Part shown: piece after piece, positions 9,121 through 18,858 of the stretch
Position numbering within the stretch: the stretch's first letter is position 1
Layout of the letters: each line of letters begins with the position of its first letter
From: an uncultured Anaerolineales bacterium
GTDB taxonomy: Bacteria; Chloroflexota; Anaerolineae; B4-G1
Reading direction: 5' to 3'
NCBI GenBank assembly: GCA_964385635.1
Contig: CAYLPU010000013.1
Location: forward strand, 2,558-66,557
Length of the DNA: 64,000 nt
Notes under the pieces: generated by a model
The model's database searches: none
Seen by the model: the letters and a program-made list of their open reading frames with translations, nothing else
Told to the model about the DNA's origin: nothing
Made by a program: the position numbers and the translations under genes

Positions 9121-9156
9121 GCCGTCCAGTTAGAGTCTGGGCGGCCTTTTGTCTCT
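9121..9156 (+). terminator. intrinsic-terminator-like hairpin inside the orphan transcript
   Basis: GCCGTCCAG / CTGGGCGGC stem (one mismatch), 7-nt loop, followed by CTTTTGTCTCT. Confidence 0.4.
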
Positions 9157-9175
9157 ACGTCGATCAGAGACCGGT

Positions 9176-9287
9176 ATAGGGGTGCAAAGTAATCTCTTGG
9201 TGGAATCCCCCAACAGAGAAAACGTCCCCGTGTCAGTCACAGTACGCGGTCGACACTGTAAAGAGCAAGGAGCAGCCGATCCCCTAT
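9176..9287 (+). promoter_or_regulatory. structured RNA element, tentatively cobalamin-riboswitch-like
   Basis: Closing helix ATAGGGG (9176-9182) / CCCCTAT (9281-9287). Inside it: GGTGC, GGTGGAATCC within a hairpin (9199-9208), CGGTCGACACTGTAA (compare CCCGCCACTGTAA), and AGCAAGGAGCAGCC (B12-box-like). Several consensus positions, such as GGGAA, are missing. Confidence 0.3.
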
Positions 9288-9336
9288 TGCTTGAGGTGAC
9301 AACGAAAGAGATCAGACCGAAAGAAGGGAGTCAAAA

Positions 9337-9462
9337 ATGTCTGAGACTGACAGGGCTTTGGTGCTTGCTCTCTTGGCCGCTCTGGGAACGCTAAAATTGA
9401 TGGCAGTCGTGGCTGTCGCCGCCGTGAAGTCACGGCAGCAAGATGGCGGGCGCGAGGAATAA
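9337..9462 (+). CDS. candidate 41-aa single-pass membrane micro-protein
   Basis: ATG preceded by GAAGGGAG with 6-nt spacing. Sequence MSETDRALVLALLAALGTLKLMAVVAVAAVKSRQQDGGREE has one hydrophobic helix and a charged tail. Below the ORF-track length cutoff. Confidence 0.3.
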   Translation: MSETDRALVLALLAALGTLKLMAVVAVAAVKSRQQDGGREE

Positions 9463-9516
9463 AGAAGGGGTCAACGCGGATTCGTGGGGTAAACTCGCTC
9501 AGCGGAGTGGCTGCTC

Positions 9517-11076
9517 CTACCTCGGCGGATACCCCGTGATGCGGCGAATCTCCTCGTAGAGCGGCCGCAGTCGCCGGTACATCTGCCGGTAGACTCGCCG
9601 GTACAGCCCCTCGTAGACCTCGTGTACCTCGGGGCGGGGCAGGAAAGTGCGGCTTACCCGGGTCATCTCCGCCACAGCAGTCTCGAAATCGGAGTGCAAT
9701 CCCAGGCCAACCGCCACGTCCATCGCCGCCCCCAACCCGGAGGTCTCGTAAACGTGGGGGCGGCTGGCTGGCAGGTTGAAGACGTCGGCGGTGATCTGCA
9801 TCGCGGCGTCCGACTGCGAACCGCCGCCGGAGACGCGCACCTCGGTCGCGCGTGCCCGCAGCCGCTTCTGCGTCCGCTCTAACCCCTCTCGCAGCGCGTA
9901 GGCCAGCCCTTCCAGAATGGCGCGGTAGATGTGGGCGCGGGTGTGTACGTCGCCGAAGCCAACGATGGCGCCCTTGGCCTCCGGCCCTGGGGACTTGAGC
10001 CCCGGCGACCAGTAGGGCTGCAGCGTCAGCCCCATTGAGCCCGGCGGCACCGCCTCAACCAATTCGTCGAACAGGCACTCCGGCTCGCAGCCCCGCTCGC
10101 GGGCCAGTTGCTCCTCCCGCAGGCCGAACTCCTGCTTGAACCAACTGACCATCCAGTAGCCCCGGTAGACCGAAATCTCCAGGTTGTAGGCTCCGGGAAC
10201 GGCGCTGGGATAGGGTGGAATGAGGGGAATGACTTCGACGTAACAACGGCTGGTGGTGTTGACGGTGGCCGTGGTGCCGTAGGAGAGACAGGCGACGTCT
10301 GGCGCAAGACACCCCGCCCCGATTACCTCGCACGCTTTGTCGGCGGCGGCGGCGATGAGTGGGAGACCAGCCGGGATGCCGGTCTCTTCGGTGGCCTGGG
10401 AGGTGATCTCGCCCAACACCTCGGTGGGCGGGATCAGGTCGGGCAACAAACGCTCGTCCATCGGCAGCGCCTGCCACTTCCAGTCCGACTTCTTTGCCCA
10501 GGTCAGCCGCTTGTAGTCAAAGGGCACGTACCCCACCTGGCAGCCCACGCTGTCCACGAAGCGGCTCACCAGCCTGTACGTCAGGTAGCCGGAGAGGAAC
10601 AGATACTTATGGGTGCGCTCCCAGATTTCCGGCTGGAAGGTGCGGACCCAGTTGGCCTCTGCCTCTGCCTGGAGATAGGCGGCTGTCTCAGTCATCCCAC
10701 TGAGACGGAAGGCCAGCCCCCACAGCCCGCCCACCGGTGACAGCCCCTCGGTGCGGCGTTGGTCGAGCCAGACGATGGTCGGGCGCAGCGGCTCGCCGCG
10801 CTCGTCCACGTTGACCATCGTCGCCCGCTGGGTGGTGAGGGCCACACCCGCCAGCGCCTCTTTGGGGACGGGACTTTCTTGCCAGAGTTGCTGGCAGGCG
10901 GCACAGAGGTTGTCCCAGAAATGCGTGGTGTGCTGCTCGGCCCAGCCGGGCTTTTCGGAGAAGTAGGGTTCGACGGGCACGCGGACCTTGTGAACCAGGT
11001 TGCCGCGCAGGTCGAAAATGAGCGCTCGCACCGATTGAGTACCGTAGTCAATGGCGAGGATATGGTCTTTGGACAT
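9517..11076 (-). CDS. FGGY-family carbohydrate kinase
   Basis: [17 protein letters not shown] (phosphate-1 motif) and C-terminal [22 protein letters not shown]. Start taken at MSKDHIL (11076); the 21-codon ORF-track extension lacks support. Confidence 0.85.
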   Translation of the reverse strand: MSKDHILAIDYGTQSVRALIFDLRGNLVHKVRVPVEPYFSEKPGWAEQHTTHFWDNLCAACQQLWQESPVPKEALAGVALTTQRATMVNVDERGEPLRPTIVWLDQRRTEGLSPVGGLWGLAFRLSGMTETAAYLQAEAEANWVRTFQPEIWERTHKYLFLSGYLTYRLVSRFVDSVGCQVGYVPFDYKRLTWAKKSDWKWQALPMDERLLPDLIPPTEVLGEITSQATEETGIPAGLPLIAAAADKACEVIGAGCLAPDVACLSYGTTATVNTTSRCYVEVIPLIPPYPSAVPGAYNLEISVYRGYWMVSWFKQEFGLREEQLARERGCEPECLFDELVEAVPPGSMGLTLQPYWSPGLKSPGPEAKGAIVGFGDVHTRAHIYRAILEGLAYALREGLERTQKRLRARATEVRVSGGGSQSDAAMQITADVFNLPASRPHVYETSGLGAAMDVAVGLGLHSDFETAVAEMTRVSRTFLPRPEVHEVYEGLYRRVYRQMYRRLRPLYEEIRRITGYPPR

Positions 11077-11185
11077 GATCTCTCTGTATGGAGTTCCCCC
11101 CAGGCTAAAGGCCCGGCTGAGATAGCCGAGCCTTCGCACTTAAGACCGTGCTCATCCTCCCGCACTCCTCAGAGAACGCACTGCG

Positions 11186-12064
11186 TCAGAACTCACGCCA
11201 CAGTTCCTCAACGTTCACCTCCGACGAACTGCGGGCCTGGAGCACCAGTAACTCACGGTAACTCTGCTGGAGGTCCGCCGTCATCGCCGCCGCCTTTTCA
11301 GGGTGGCGGGCCGCGAAGGCCCCGACGAGCACGACGATCATAGCGGCCAGGCCGGTGAAGGAGGGCACGTGCGTCTGCGTGGGCCCAGGACAGATGATCG
11401 TCGTCTCGGCCGCCAGGGCCGCCGCCGAGATCGCGGAACCGCTGAACACGATGGTCTTCGCCTCACGCTGGCGCGCAAAGCCGACAGCATTGGCCACATC
11501 CAGGTCCATACCGGTCAGGGAGAAGCCGATCACCAGGTCACCAGCGCCAGCCCCCTTGAGATTCTCTGCGGCCTCCAGCGGGTCGGGCGCGATGGGCACG
11601 GCTGGCAGCCCGATCTCTCTCAGAGCGGAGGCGCAGAGAGCAGCCAGGTGGGCGGTACTGCCCTGGCCCACGACCCAGATGCGCTGGGCGTCCAGGAGCG
11701 CGGGCAGGATGGTGTTGGCCTGCTCCGTCAGCCGGGCCTGTGCCAGCGACAGGTTGTGTCGCTCGTTCTCCAGGAGGCTGCGGAAGAGCCCGACATCGTC
11801 CTGGGCTTCCAGGGCAACACTGTAGGAGGCTGTTAGTTCCGTCTTGACGACCCGTTGCACTTCCTTGATTAACTCCCGGAAGCCCGAATAGCCGAGGGTC
11901 TGAGCGAAGCGGACGACGGTGGCCGCGTCCACCCCCATACGGTGGGCCAGCTCCGTGGCGGTCATGAAAGCGACATTCAGTTCCTGCTGCAGGATGAAAT
12001 CAGCGAGCTTACGGAAACTGGGAGTCAACTCATCGTACTTAGCCTGTATTCTTTGTCTAAACAT
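11186..12064 (-). CDS. MurR/RpiR-family transcriptional regulator (HTH_6 + SIS)
   Basis: N-terminal HTH (ELAHRMGVDAATVVRFAQTLGYSGFRE) and a SIS domain (VVGQGSTAHLAALCA). Divergent from the glycosidase gene. Confidence 0.9.
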   Translation of the reverse strand: MFRQRIQAKYDELTPSFRKLADFILQQELNVAFMTATELAHRMGVDAATVVRFAQTLGYSGFRELIKEVQRVVKTELTASYSVALEAQDDVGLFRSLLENERHNLSLAQARLTEQANTILPALLDAQRIWVVGQGSTAHLAALCASALREIGLPAVPIAPDPLEAAENLKGAGAGDLVIGFSLTGMDLDVANAVGFARQREAKTIVFSGSAISAAALAAETTIICPGPTQTHVPSFTGLAAMIVVLVGAFAARHPEKAAAMTADLQQSYRELLVLQARSSSEVNVEELWREF

Positions 12065-12206
12065 TCTAGCCTCTCCTCATCTATCCAGATTTGTGTGGTG
12101 CTACGAAGGCTTCAATGTCGATTGGGCAACCTACGCTACTTGTATTTTACCATGAGATGCGATAAAATTGCAAATCAGGCGCTGGGCATCACAAAGTCAA
12201 TGAACA

Positions 12207-14555
12207 ATGAGCAAAAGACCGATAATGGAATCTGAATTCAGTTATGACTACAAGCGAGACTGCTTACGTTTGGAGGCGGCCGGTGTACGGTTGGAGGGTT
12301 TCGCCAGCGGTACCTGCCGCGTGGATGGCCATCCACTGACTATAACCACGGTCGATCTCCCTCTGGCGGTCTGGGGAACAGAAGCAGTCGAGGACGTACA
12401 CGGGTGTGGAGAGCGACTGCGGGCGCATTATGGGCCGGGACCCGCTGGCCTGGGCCTGACGCTGTTGGCCCAAACATACGAGGGCTATCCCTTTCTCCTG
12501 CTCCGGGTCATTCTCTCCAACCACGGCCCGCGCTCAATCATCGTCGAACGACTGACCCCGTTCTGGAGCAACCCAGGCGACCTGCACCTGGGGTCGGGCC
12601 CGTCAGTCTTTCTCAAGAACGGCTGGCAGTCGTGGTCCTACGCTGGCCTGCGCCGGGCGGACCAACGGGACGTGCGGCCGCACCCGCTCACTCGCCCGCT
12701 CGCCGCACCCCTGCTCTATAATGCTGCTACTCCCTTCCCCCGCACGCCGGGCCACTTCTGGAGCGAGTTGGTAGGGGTGTTGGCCGACGTGGGGGCCAGA
12801 CGCGCTCTCGTCGCCGGCTTCGTCTCCACTGCCGACCAGTTCGGAGCGGTCGAGGCGTCCTGCGCGCCAGGACGGACGGCGATCGCGCTGCACGCCCAGT
12901 GCGACGGTGTGGAACTCCCTCCCGGCGCGGAACTGGCCTCCGAGTGGGCGTACCTCCAGTTCGTCTCCCTGCCCGCCCTCAATCCTCTCGCCGACTACGC
13001 CGAGGCGACGGCACGGCAGATGCAGGCCCGCGTGCCGCCTCACCCCCCACCTGGCTGGTCGAGTTGGTACTACTTCTATCAGAAAGTCACTGAAGCCGAC
13101 GTGCTCTCCAACCTGGACCGTATCCAGGCCCTCGGCGAGACGCTGCCCATTGATCTGGTGCAACTGGACCAGGGATACGAACCGGCCTGGGGCGACTGGC
13201 TTGACCGCAAGCCGGAATTCCCCCATGACCTGGGCTGGCTGGCGGAGCAGATACAGGCTGCGAACCGCGTGCCAGGGTTATGGCTCAGCCCGTTGCTGGT
13301 CTGGGAAGGCTGCCGTCTGGCGCACAGGCACCCCCACTGGATACTGCGCGACCGGCGTGGGCGGCCCGTCTCCGGCGGCCTGGTGTGGAAGTTCATCGGA
13401 CGTGGGCTCGACCCCACCCATCCAGAGGTGCGAGACTACCTGCAGGAACTAATTGACACAGCGGTGCACCGGTGGGGTTATCGTTATCTCAAGCTGGACT
13501 TCCTCTACGCGGCGGCGCTGCCCGGCGTGCGGCACGACCCCACGAGAACTCGCGCTCAGGCGCTGCGTGGGGCGCTCGCCACCATACGCGAGGCTGCTGG
13601 CGACGATGTATTCCTGCTGGGCTGTGGCTGCCCGCTGGGGCCTGCCATTGGCCTGCTGGATTGTCTGCGTATCGGCCCGGACACCGGCCCGCACTGGAAT
13701 CCGCAGTACTTCGGCCTGCAACTGGGCCTCTTTCGCTCCGACCCCAGCCTCCCGGCGCTGCGCAACTCCCTGCGCAACGTGCTCAACCGCAGTTGGATGC
13801 ACCGCCGCTGGTGGATCAACGACCCCGAGAACCTGCTGGTCCGTGATCAGGACACTGCCCTCACCCGCGACGAGGTGCAAGCACAGGCCACCGTCATCGG
13901 GTTGAGCGGCGGGCAGTTAGTCATCTCCGACGACCTGCCGCGCCTGACTCCAGGGCGACGGGAAGTGGCTGCCGCGCTCTTCCCGCCTCCTTCCAGGGGG
14001 GAGGTCCTGAACGGCGCTCAGCCGCTCGACCTGCTGGAACGGGAGATGCCGGAGTTGTACGTGCTGCGTATGCAGAAGCCCTGGGAGGAGTGGCTGGTGG
14101 TTGGCCTCTTCAACTGGTCGGATGAGCCCGCCGACCGGATGCTCGACCTGGCGCGGCTGGGGCTTGACCCGTCTCGTCCCTACCACGCCCACGATTTCTG
14201 GCGGCACCGCTACTACCGCGTCGAGGGCGGTCATCTGGTGCTGCGCCACGTCCCGGCCCACGGCAGCCATTGCCTGGCGGTGCGGCCGGTGCGCGAGGAG
14301 CCCCACCTGGTCGCCACGACCTTCCACATCACGCAGGGCGGCGAGGTGGTGGAATGGGAGTGTGAGGGCGCTCGACTGCGCTTCACTCTGGAACTGGGCC
14401 GCGTAGCCGAAGGTGAGGTGCTGTTGTGGCTCCCTGCTGGGCCGCGCCAGGTTACCCGCGATGGGGAAGCGATTCGCCCGACGTCCCGCGGGCCGAGGCT
14501 ATGGGCGCTCCCGCTGCGGGTGGAGAAGGCAGCCCGCGTGGAGGTGCGGCTGTGA
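12207..14555 (+). CDS. GH36-like alpha-galactosidase family glycoside hydrolase
   Basis: GWSSWYYFYQ, LVQLDQGYEPAWGDW, YRYLKLDFLYAA, LGCGCPLGP, WINDPENL. The start is ambiguous (12207 or 12225) and neither has a clear SD. Confidence 0.75.
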   Translation: MSKRPIMESEFSYDYKRDCLRLEAAGVRLEGFASGTCRVDGHPLTITTVDLPLAVWGTEAVEDVHGCGERLRAHYGPGPAGLGLTLLAQTYEGYPFLLLRVILSNHGPRSIIVERLTPFWSNPGDLHLGSGPSVFLKNGWQSWSYAGLRRADQRDVRPHPLTRPLAAPLLYNAATPFPRTPGHFWSELVGVLADVGARRALVAGFVSTADQFGAVEASCAPGRTAIALHAQCDGVELPPGAELASEWAYLQFVSLPALNPLADYAEATARQMQARVPPHPPPGWSSWYYFYQKVTEADVLSNLDRIQALGETLPIDLVQLDQGYEPAWGDWLDRKPEFPHDLGWLAEQIQAANRVPGLWLSPLLVWEGCRLAHRHPHWILRDRRGRPVSGGLVWKFIGRGLDPTHPEVRDYLQELIDTAVHRWGYRYLKLDFLYAAALPGVRHDPTRTRAQALRGALATIREAAGDDVFLLGCGCPLGPAIGLLDCLRIGPDTGPHWNPQYFGLQLGLFRSDPSLPALRNSLRNVLNRSWMHRRWWINDPENLLVRDQDTALTRDEVQAQATVIGLSGGQLVISDDLPRLTPGRREVAAALFPPPSRGEVLNGAQPLDLLEREMPELYVLRMQKPWEEWLVVGLFNWSDEPADRMLDLARLGLDPSRPYHAHDFWRHRYYRVEGGHLVLRHVPAHGSHCLAVRPVREEPHLVATTFHITQGGEVVEWECEGARLRFTLELGRVAEGEVLLWLPAGPRQVTRDGEAIRPTSRGPRLWALPLRVEKAARVEVRL

Positions 14556-14633
14556 GCGTCACCTCGGCGGTTTTCTGCAACCGGTAACCCGTTGCCACAG
14601 CAGTGGGTGTCTCCAGCGCCAGCGCAATAATGC

Positions 14634-14662
14634 TTGACACTGACACATAAATGTGGTAGAAT
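14634..14662 (+). promoter_or_regulatory. sigma70-like promoter of the CGGC gene
   Basis: TTGACA (14634-14639), 17-nt spacer, TAGAAT (14657-14662). Confidence 0.6.
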
Positions 14663-14704
14663 CGGCTCGTTGTTGTAGGATGCCTGACATGAAGGAAACT
14701 CTCA

Positions 14705-15172
14705 ATGGCTAAAATTGGCATCATCATCTGCGACAGGAACAGAACGTGTACTGGTGGCAAGTGCTTCATAGCTATTCGAGAACGGACAGGCGCCTTCAAG
14801 AAGTACCCCAAGGACGAACCTCTGGAAGTTGTTGGATTCATCACCTGCGGCGGATGTCCCGGCGAACGCCTGGAGTTTGCTCCGGCTGAGATGAAGAAGT
14901 ATGGTGCGGAGGAGATCGTCCTGGCGTCGGGATTCCTGGCCGGATATCCACCCTGCCCCTATCTGGAAGATTTTGTTCAATACATTGAGCACTATGTTGG
15001 ACTTCCCGTGGTCGTAGGCAGCCACCCCATGCCGACCAACTACATCAACGCCCACCTTGCAGCCGGGGACTGGGACAGGTGTGGTGTGCGAGAGTACCTG
15101 GAACTCCTCACAGACGACCCGGAAGCCAGTGACCGCTACGATTCGACCAGACCTGATTTCCTTAAAACCTGA
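14705..15172 (+). CDS. CGGC-domain protein
   Basis: ICDRNRTCTGGKC followed by ITCGGCPGERL. 155 aa. Confidence 0.8.
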   Translation: MAKIGIIICDRNRTCTGGKCFIAIRERTGAFKKYPKDEPLEVVGFITCGGCPGERLEFAPAEMKKYGAEEIVLASGFLAGYPPCPYLEDFVQYIEHYVGLPVVVGSHPMPTNYINAHLAAGDWDRCGVREYLELLTDDPEASDRYDSTRPDFLKT

Positions 15173-15274
15173 ATGCCTGAAGACTGACAACCAACTGGAG
15201 ACACCAACTCGTCCAGGGGTTCACCGTCAGTCCGAACAGGTCCAGTCATCAAACAGCAGATAACACAGCATACT

Positions 15275-15296
15275 AAGGGCTCGGGCACGAGCCCTT
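15275..15296 (+). terminator. hairpin downstream of the CGGC gene
   Basis: AAGGGCTCG-GGCA-CGAGCCCTT (9-bp stem, tetraloop). The downstream T-tract is weak. Confidence 0.35.
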
Positions 15297-15713
15297 CGAG
15301 ACATCTCTTTCTTCGGTCGCAACGTCTATATACTGGTAGCGATATTCTGTATAGCGGTTCTCATTTCATCGTACGTGCGGGCCAAGAGAGTCATCCATGC
15401 TGATTGCACTGCACGACATCGGCCGGGGAGTGGGTTCTTCCGTGGTCGCGCCCTGGCCAGGCACGGTGGTACTACGGCGGAGAAAATCCGTCGAATCCTC
15501 TCAAGATGGCCCAGGAGATGGGCTGCCATCTCAATGTGCCGGTCGCCAACTCCAAGCAACAAGTCGCTGTATCCTCATCGGCCCAGCCCTCAATTCCAGT
15601 TCTCCGATTCTTTCTCCAGCGAACTTCCGGCTGGCACCGGCAGAGAAACTCTATTCGACCGATCTAACCGACGCCGAATGACAAGCAATCGGACCAGGTG
15701 AGGAGGCAGAGAA

Positions 15714-17114
15714 ATGGGTTTAGAAAAGACCGTTTTGAACTATTTGGATGCAAACAGGGACAGGCTTGCAAGGCTGGCAAAGGACATCTGGGATCATCCT
15801 GAGGTTGGATTGCAAGAGTTCTATGCGTCCAGACTGATCGCAGACGTGCTTGAGAAAGCCGGATTCTCAGTCAACGGGGGTGTTGCCCAGATGCCTACAG
15901 CCTTTGTGGCATCCTGGGGGGAGGGGAAACCCGTAATTGGCATCCTGGGAGAGTATGACGCCTTACCCGGGCTCTCTCAGAAAGTATCTGCTACCAAAGA
16001 ACCCATAGAGGAAGGAGCCCCAGGGCACGGCTGTGGCCATAATCTCTTTGGTGTGGCAAGTCTCGGCGCTGCATTGGCAGTCAAAGAGGCAATGGAAGAA
16101 GATACGATCAAAGGAACAATCAGGTACTATGGCTGTCCTGCTGAAGAGACAATGATTGGAAAGATCTTCATGGCCAGGGCTGGGGTCTTCGACGATCTCG
16201 ATGCAGCCATAGGCTGGCATCCGTTCTATGCCAATACAGTATGGAGTTGCTCATCTCTTGCTATGAATTCGTTCAAGGTGAATTTCCACGGTGTAGCGGC
16301 ACATGCGTCGGCGGCTCCAGAGGCGGGGCGCAGCGCTCTAGATGGGGTGCAACTGATGGACGTTGGCGTAAACTACCTGCGCGAGCACATTGTCGAAAAG
16401 GCGCGCATCCACTGCGTGATAACAAATGGGGGCGAGGCACCAAATGTCGTACCTCCTTTCGCTCAGGTGTGGTACTACGTGCGTGCTCCACTTAGAGAGC
16501 AAGTTGAGGGTATCTATTCAAGGATGCTCGATATAGCAAAAGGTGCAGCCTTAATGACTGGCACAACTTTTGAGGTAGATTTCTTGACCGGCGGTTACGA
16601 CATGTTGCCAAATGACAGGCTTGGTGAACTGCTGTTGGAGAAATTGAAACAGGTTGGCCCTCTCCAGTTCACTGATGAGGAGAAGGATTTTGCGAAGCAG
16701 TTACAGGCGACTCTTCCCCCTGGTGCCGTAGAGAATATCTTAAGGTCCTATGGGTTGACCAGGGAAGAGGTAGGAGATCCCCTCTGTGACAGGATAGTAG
16801 ATCCTTTCGATAAAGGCGAGGTGCTGCCGGCCTCCACTGATGTAAGCGATGTGAGCTACATTACCCCGACGGCACAGGTTACTACATGTTGTCAAGCCCT
16901 CGGAACTCCTGTGCATAGCTGGCAGAACGTCGCATTTGCTGGTTCAAGCATTGGCTTCAAGGGCATGATGCTTGCTGCCAAGGCTATGGCGCTCGCTGTC
17001 TTAGACCTTGAGACAAAGCCAGACATTCTAAAGGCCGCTCGTGATGAGTTTGAGAAGAAGACTGAAGGTAAGAAGTACGTGTCACCGCTTCCTGAGGGGA
17101 CTGTTCCCCATTAG
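15714..17114 (+). CDS. M20-family amidohydrolase (AbgB / aminobenzoyl-glutamate hydrolase subunit B-like)
   Basis: 466 aa with HGCGHNLFG and GCPAEE. GAGGAGG precedes the ATG. GC content is noticeably lower than the neighbours. Confidence 0.8.
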   Translation: MGLEKTVLNYLDANRDRLARLAKDIWDHPEVGLQEFYASRLIADVLEKAGFSVNGGVAQMPTAFVASWGEGKPVIGILGEYDALPGLSQKVSATKEPIEEGAPGHGCGHNLFGVASLGAALAVKEAMEEDTIKGTIRYYGCPAEETMIGKIFMARAGVFDDLDAAIGWHPFYANTVWSCSSLAMNSFKVNFHGVAAHASAAPEAGRSALDGVQLMDVGVNYLREHIVEKARIHCVITNGGEAPNVVPPFAQVWYYVRAPLREQVEGIYSRMLDIAKGAALMTGTTFEVDFLTGGYDMLPNDRLGELLLEKLKQVGPLQFTDEEKDFAKQLQATLPPGAVENILRSYGLTREEVGDPLCDRIVDPFDKGEVLPASTDVSDVSYITPTAQVTTCCQALGTPVHSWQNVAFAGSSIGFKGMMLAAKAMALAVLDLETKPDILKAARDEFEKKTEGKKYVSPLPEGTVPH

Positions 17115-17417
17115 GGAGACTTCCACTCAGGATGTCGTTGTGGTGATGAAGAAGTACAAGGGTATTTTGGTTCAACGCGGATTTGTGGGGTGAGACCTTG
17201 AGCCTTGAGCAAGGACCATCCGCGGAAAGGAGGTGGTAAGCAGAAGCCATACCATTAAGTGGACAACGAAGCCAGTAGCCCAAAGTAAGGGAGGTGATGC
17301 CCACTGCGGATTGATATGTTGTGACCAGGTTTGTTGTGATGATACTTGGAACAGGCGGGATAGGAGTGATCTGAACGTCGCCCGCCGCGACAGTTTTATT
17401 TAAGGAGGGATAAAGGA

Positions 17418-18131
17418 ATGGACTGGAAAATCATCGCTAACGCGCCCTGGATTTGGATCTGTGGGTTCATACAGGCGGGAATTGGCATGTTTCAGGCCTG
17501 GTACTTCCTACGGCTGGGCAGCCGAATCTTGCAGAAGCACGGAGGCTACAAGCAGGAGGACATCAGCGCCATAGCGCGCGGGGCCCTCATCACCGCAATT
17601 GGGCCGATCATGGCGGAGATCTTCGTCATGATGGCTCTCGTCATATCCATCAGCCCCGGCTATACCTGGCAGCGTGAGGGTGTGGGAGTCGGCTCCGTCT
17701 TCACCGAACTGGTGCAGGCATCCAATTCTGCCATCGGCGCCGGTCAAGAGTTCGGCACCGACAGCTTCAACATGGTCGGCTTCGCTACCGCCATCTTCGT
17801 CGCGAACATCTCATGCATCGGCTGGTCGCTTGGGGCCGCTTTCTTCACCCCCTATCTCGGAAAAGCCCGGGAGAAGATCGCAGGAGGCGACATACGCTTT
17901 CTGGGGGTCGTCACCATTTGCTCCACGCTCGGCATTTTCGGCTACTACGCCGCCAACAACATGAAGGCAGGAGGCGGCAAACTCGTGGCCGTAGTCGCTG
18001 GTGGAGTAATATCGGCCTTCCTCTTCAAATTGGCCGAATGGATAAACAAGCCGCGCCTGAAAGAGTGGGCGCTTGGAATAGCCATGTTCGCCGGTATGTA
18101 CATTGCGCACCTGTTTGCTGGTGCTACTTAA
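17418..18131 (+). CDS. uncharacterised multi-pass membrane protein
   Basis: AAGGAGGG SD. 237 aa with about 6 hydrophobic helices. I recognise no transporter motif. Confidence 0.75.
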   Translation: MDWKIIANAPWIWICGFIQAGIGMFQAWYFLRLGSRILQKHGGYKQEDISAIARGALITAIGPIMAEIFVMMALVISISPGYTWQREGVGVGSVFTELVQASNSAIGAGQEFGTDSFNMVGFATAIFVANISCIGWSLGAAFFTPYLGKAREKIAGGDIRFLGVVTICSTLGIFGYYAANNMKAGGGKLVAVVAGGVISAFLFKLAEWINKPRLKEWALGIAMFAGMYIAHLFAGAT

Positions 18132-18144
18132 GGAGGGACAAGAA

Positions 18145-18855
18145 ATGGCAGCCGAAAAAGAAGGTTTTGTTGATATCGAACTCAAGGTGTTCGAGGAAGA
18201 GTATGTGAAACCCGTTCACAAGGTAGGCTTCTGGACATGCATAGGAGTCAGTTTGGGCATGTTCCTGCCCCCAATACTGCTCTATCTCCTCTACGGCACT
18301 TTCGCACCCTGGGAGGCGATAGGGGCGGGCATGGCGCTGGCCTTGACTTATGCCGTGCCGTTCTTCTTCATCGAGCCCATCAGTTACTACCCCGTCTACG
18401 GGGATGCCGGGAACTACATGTCTATGACAACCGGCAACGTATCGAACCTGCGGTTGCCCTGCGCAGCCGTAGCCCAGGCCGTTGCTGGTGTCCCGGAGGG
18501 CACCAGGAAAGGCGCGGCGATTGCCGCTATCGGCATCGCCGTCTCCGTCCTGGTCGGCGTCATTGGCGTCTTCCTTGGCACACTGACAGGTGGGTGGGTC
18601 ACCGCCCAATTCCCGTCGTGGCTGACGGAAGCGTTCAAGGCGTATCTGCTGCCGGCGATATGGGGAGCAGTGTTCGGTCAGTTCGCCCTGCGCGGGCCGA
18701 TCTACGCGCTGCCAGCGCTGATCATCGCGGGGATACCGCTCATGCTGGGCTGGAAAGCCTACTTCACCATCCCCATCGCTGTCTTCGGCACCATCCTGTT
18801 CGGGTATGCGCTCTATAAGTGGCGCGGCATCGCACCTGGCGGGGGAGGGGACTAA
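18145..18855 (+). CDS. uncharacterised multi-pass membrane protein (second subunit?)
   Basis: Start at the ATG 18145 after TAAGGAGGG, 13 nt past the previous stop. 236 aa, with a hydrophilic N-terminus and then about 6 helices. Confidence 0.75.
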   Translation: MAAEKEGFVDIELKVFEEEYVKPVHKVGFWTCIGVSLGMFLPPILLYLLYGTFAPWEAIGAGMALALTYAVPFFFIEPISYYPVYGDAGNYMSMTTGNVSNLRLPCAAVAQAVAGVPEGTRKGAAIAAIGIAVSVLVGVIGVFLGTLTGGWVTAQFPSWLTEAFKAYLLPAIWGAVFGQFALRGPIYALPALIIAGIPLMLGWKAYFTIPIAVFGTILFGYALYKWRGIAPGGGGD

Positions 18856-18858
18856 GAG

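Noticed and set aside
8942-9336. Tested the orphan transcript region for RNase P RNA, tmRNA, SRP RNA, 6S RNA and T-box
   Set aside because: None of the hallmark motifs is present: GAGGAAAGTCCGGGC for RNase P, a tRNA-like CCA end with a tag ORF for tmRNA, the SRP GGAA tetraloop helix, or the T-box GGGTGGTACCGCG. Only the cobalamin-like resemblance remained, and that is weak.
15173-15713. 540-nt gap with overlapping short ORFs on both strands (15326-15562 minus, 15375-15701 plus, and others), considered as a decayed regulator gene
   Set aside because: None of the translations shows a recognisable motif or an SD. I cannot support a pseudogene call without a homology search.
17233-17403. 56-codon Cys-rich ORF (..HCGLICCDQVCCDDTW..) in the gap before the membrane genes, considered as a RiPP-like precursor
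   Set aside because: The only possible start (GTG 17233) overlaps the SD-like sequence with zero spacing. No maturase or radical-SAM genes are nearby. The frame is probably fortuitous.
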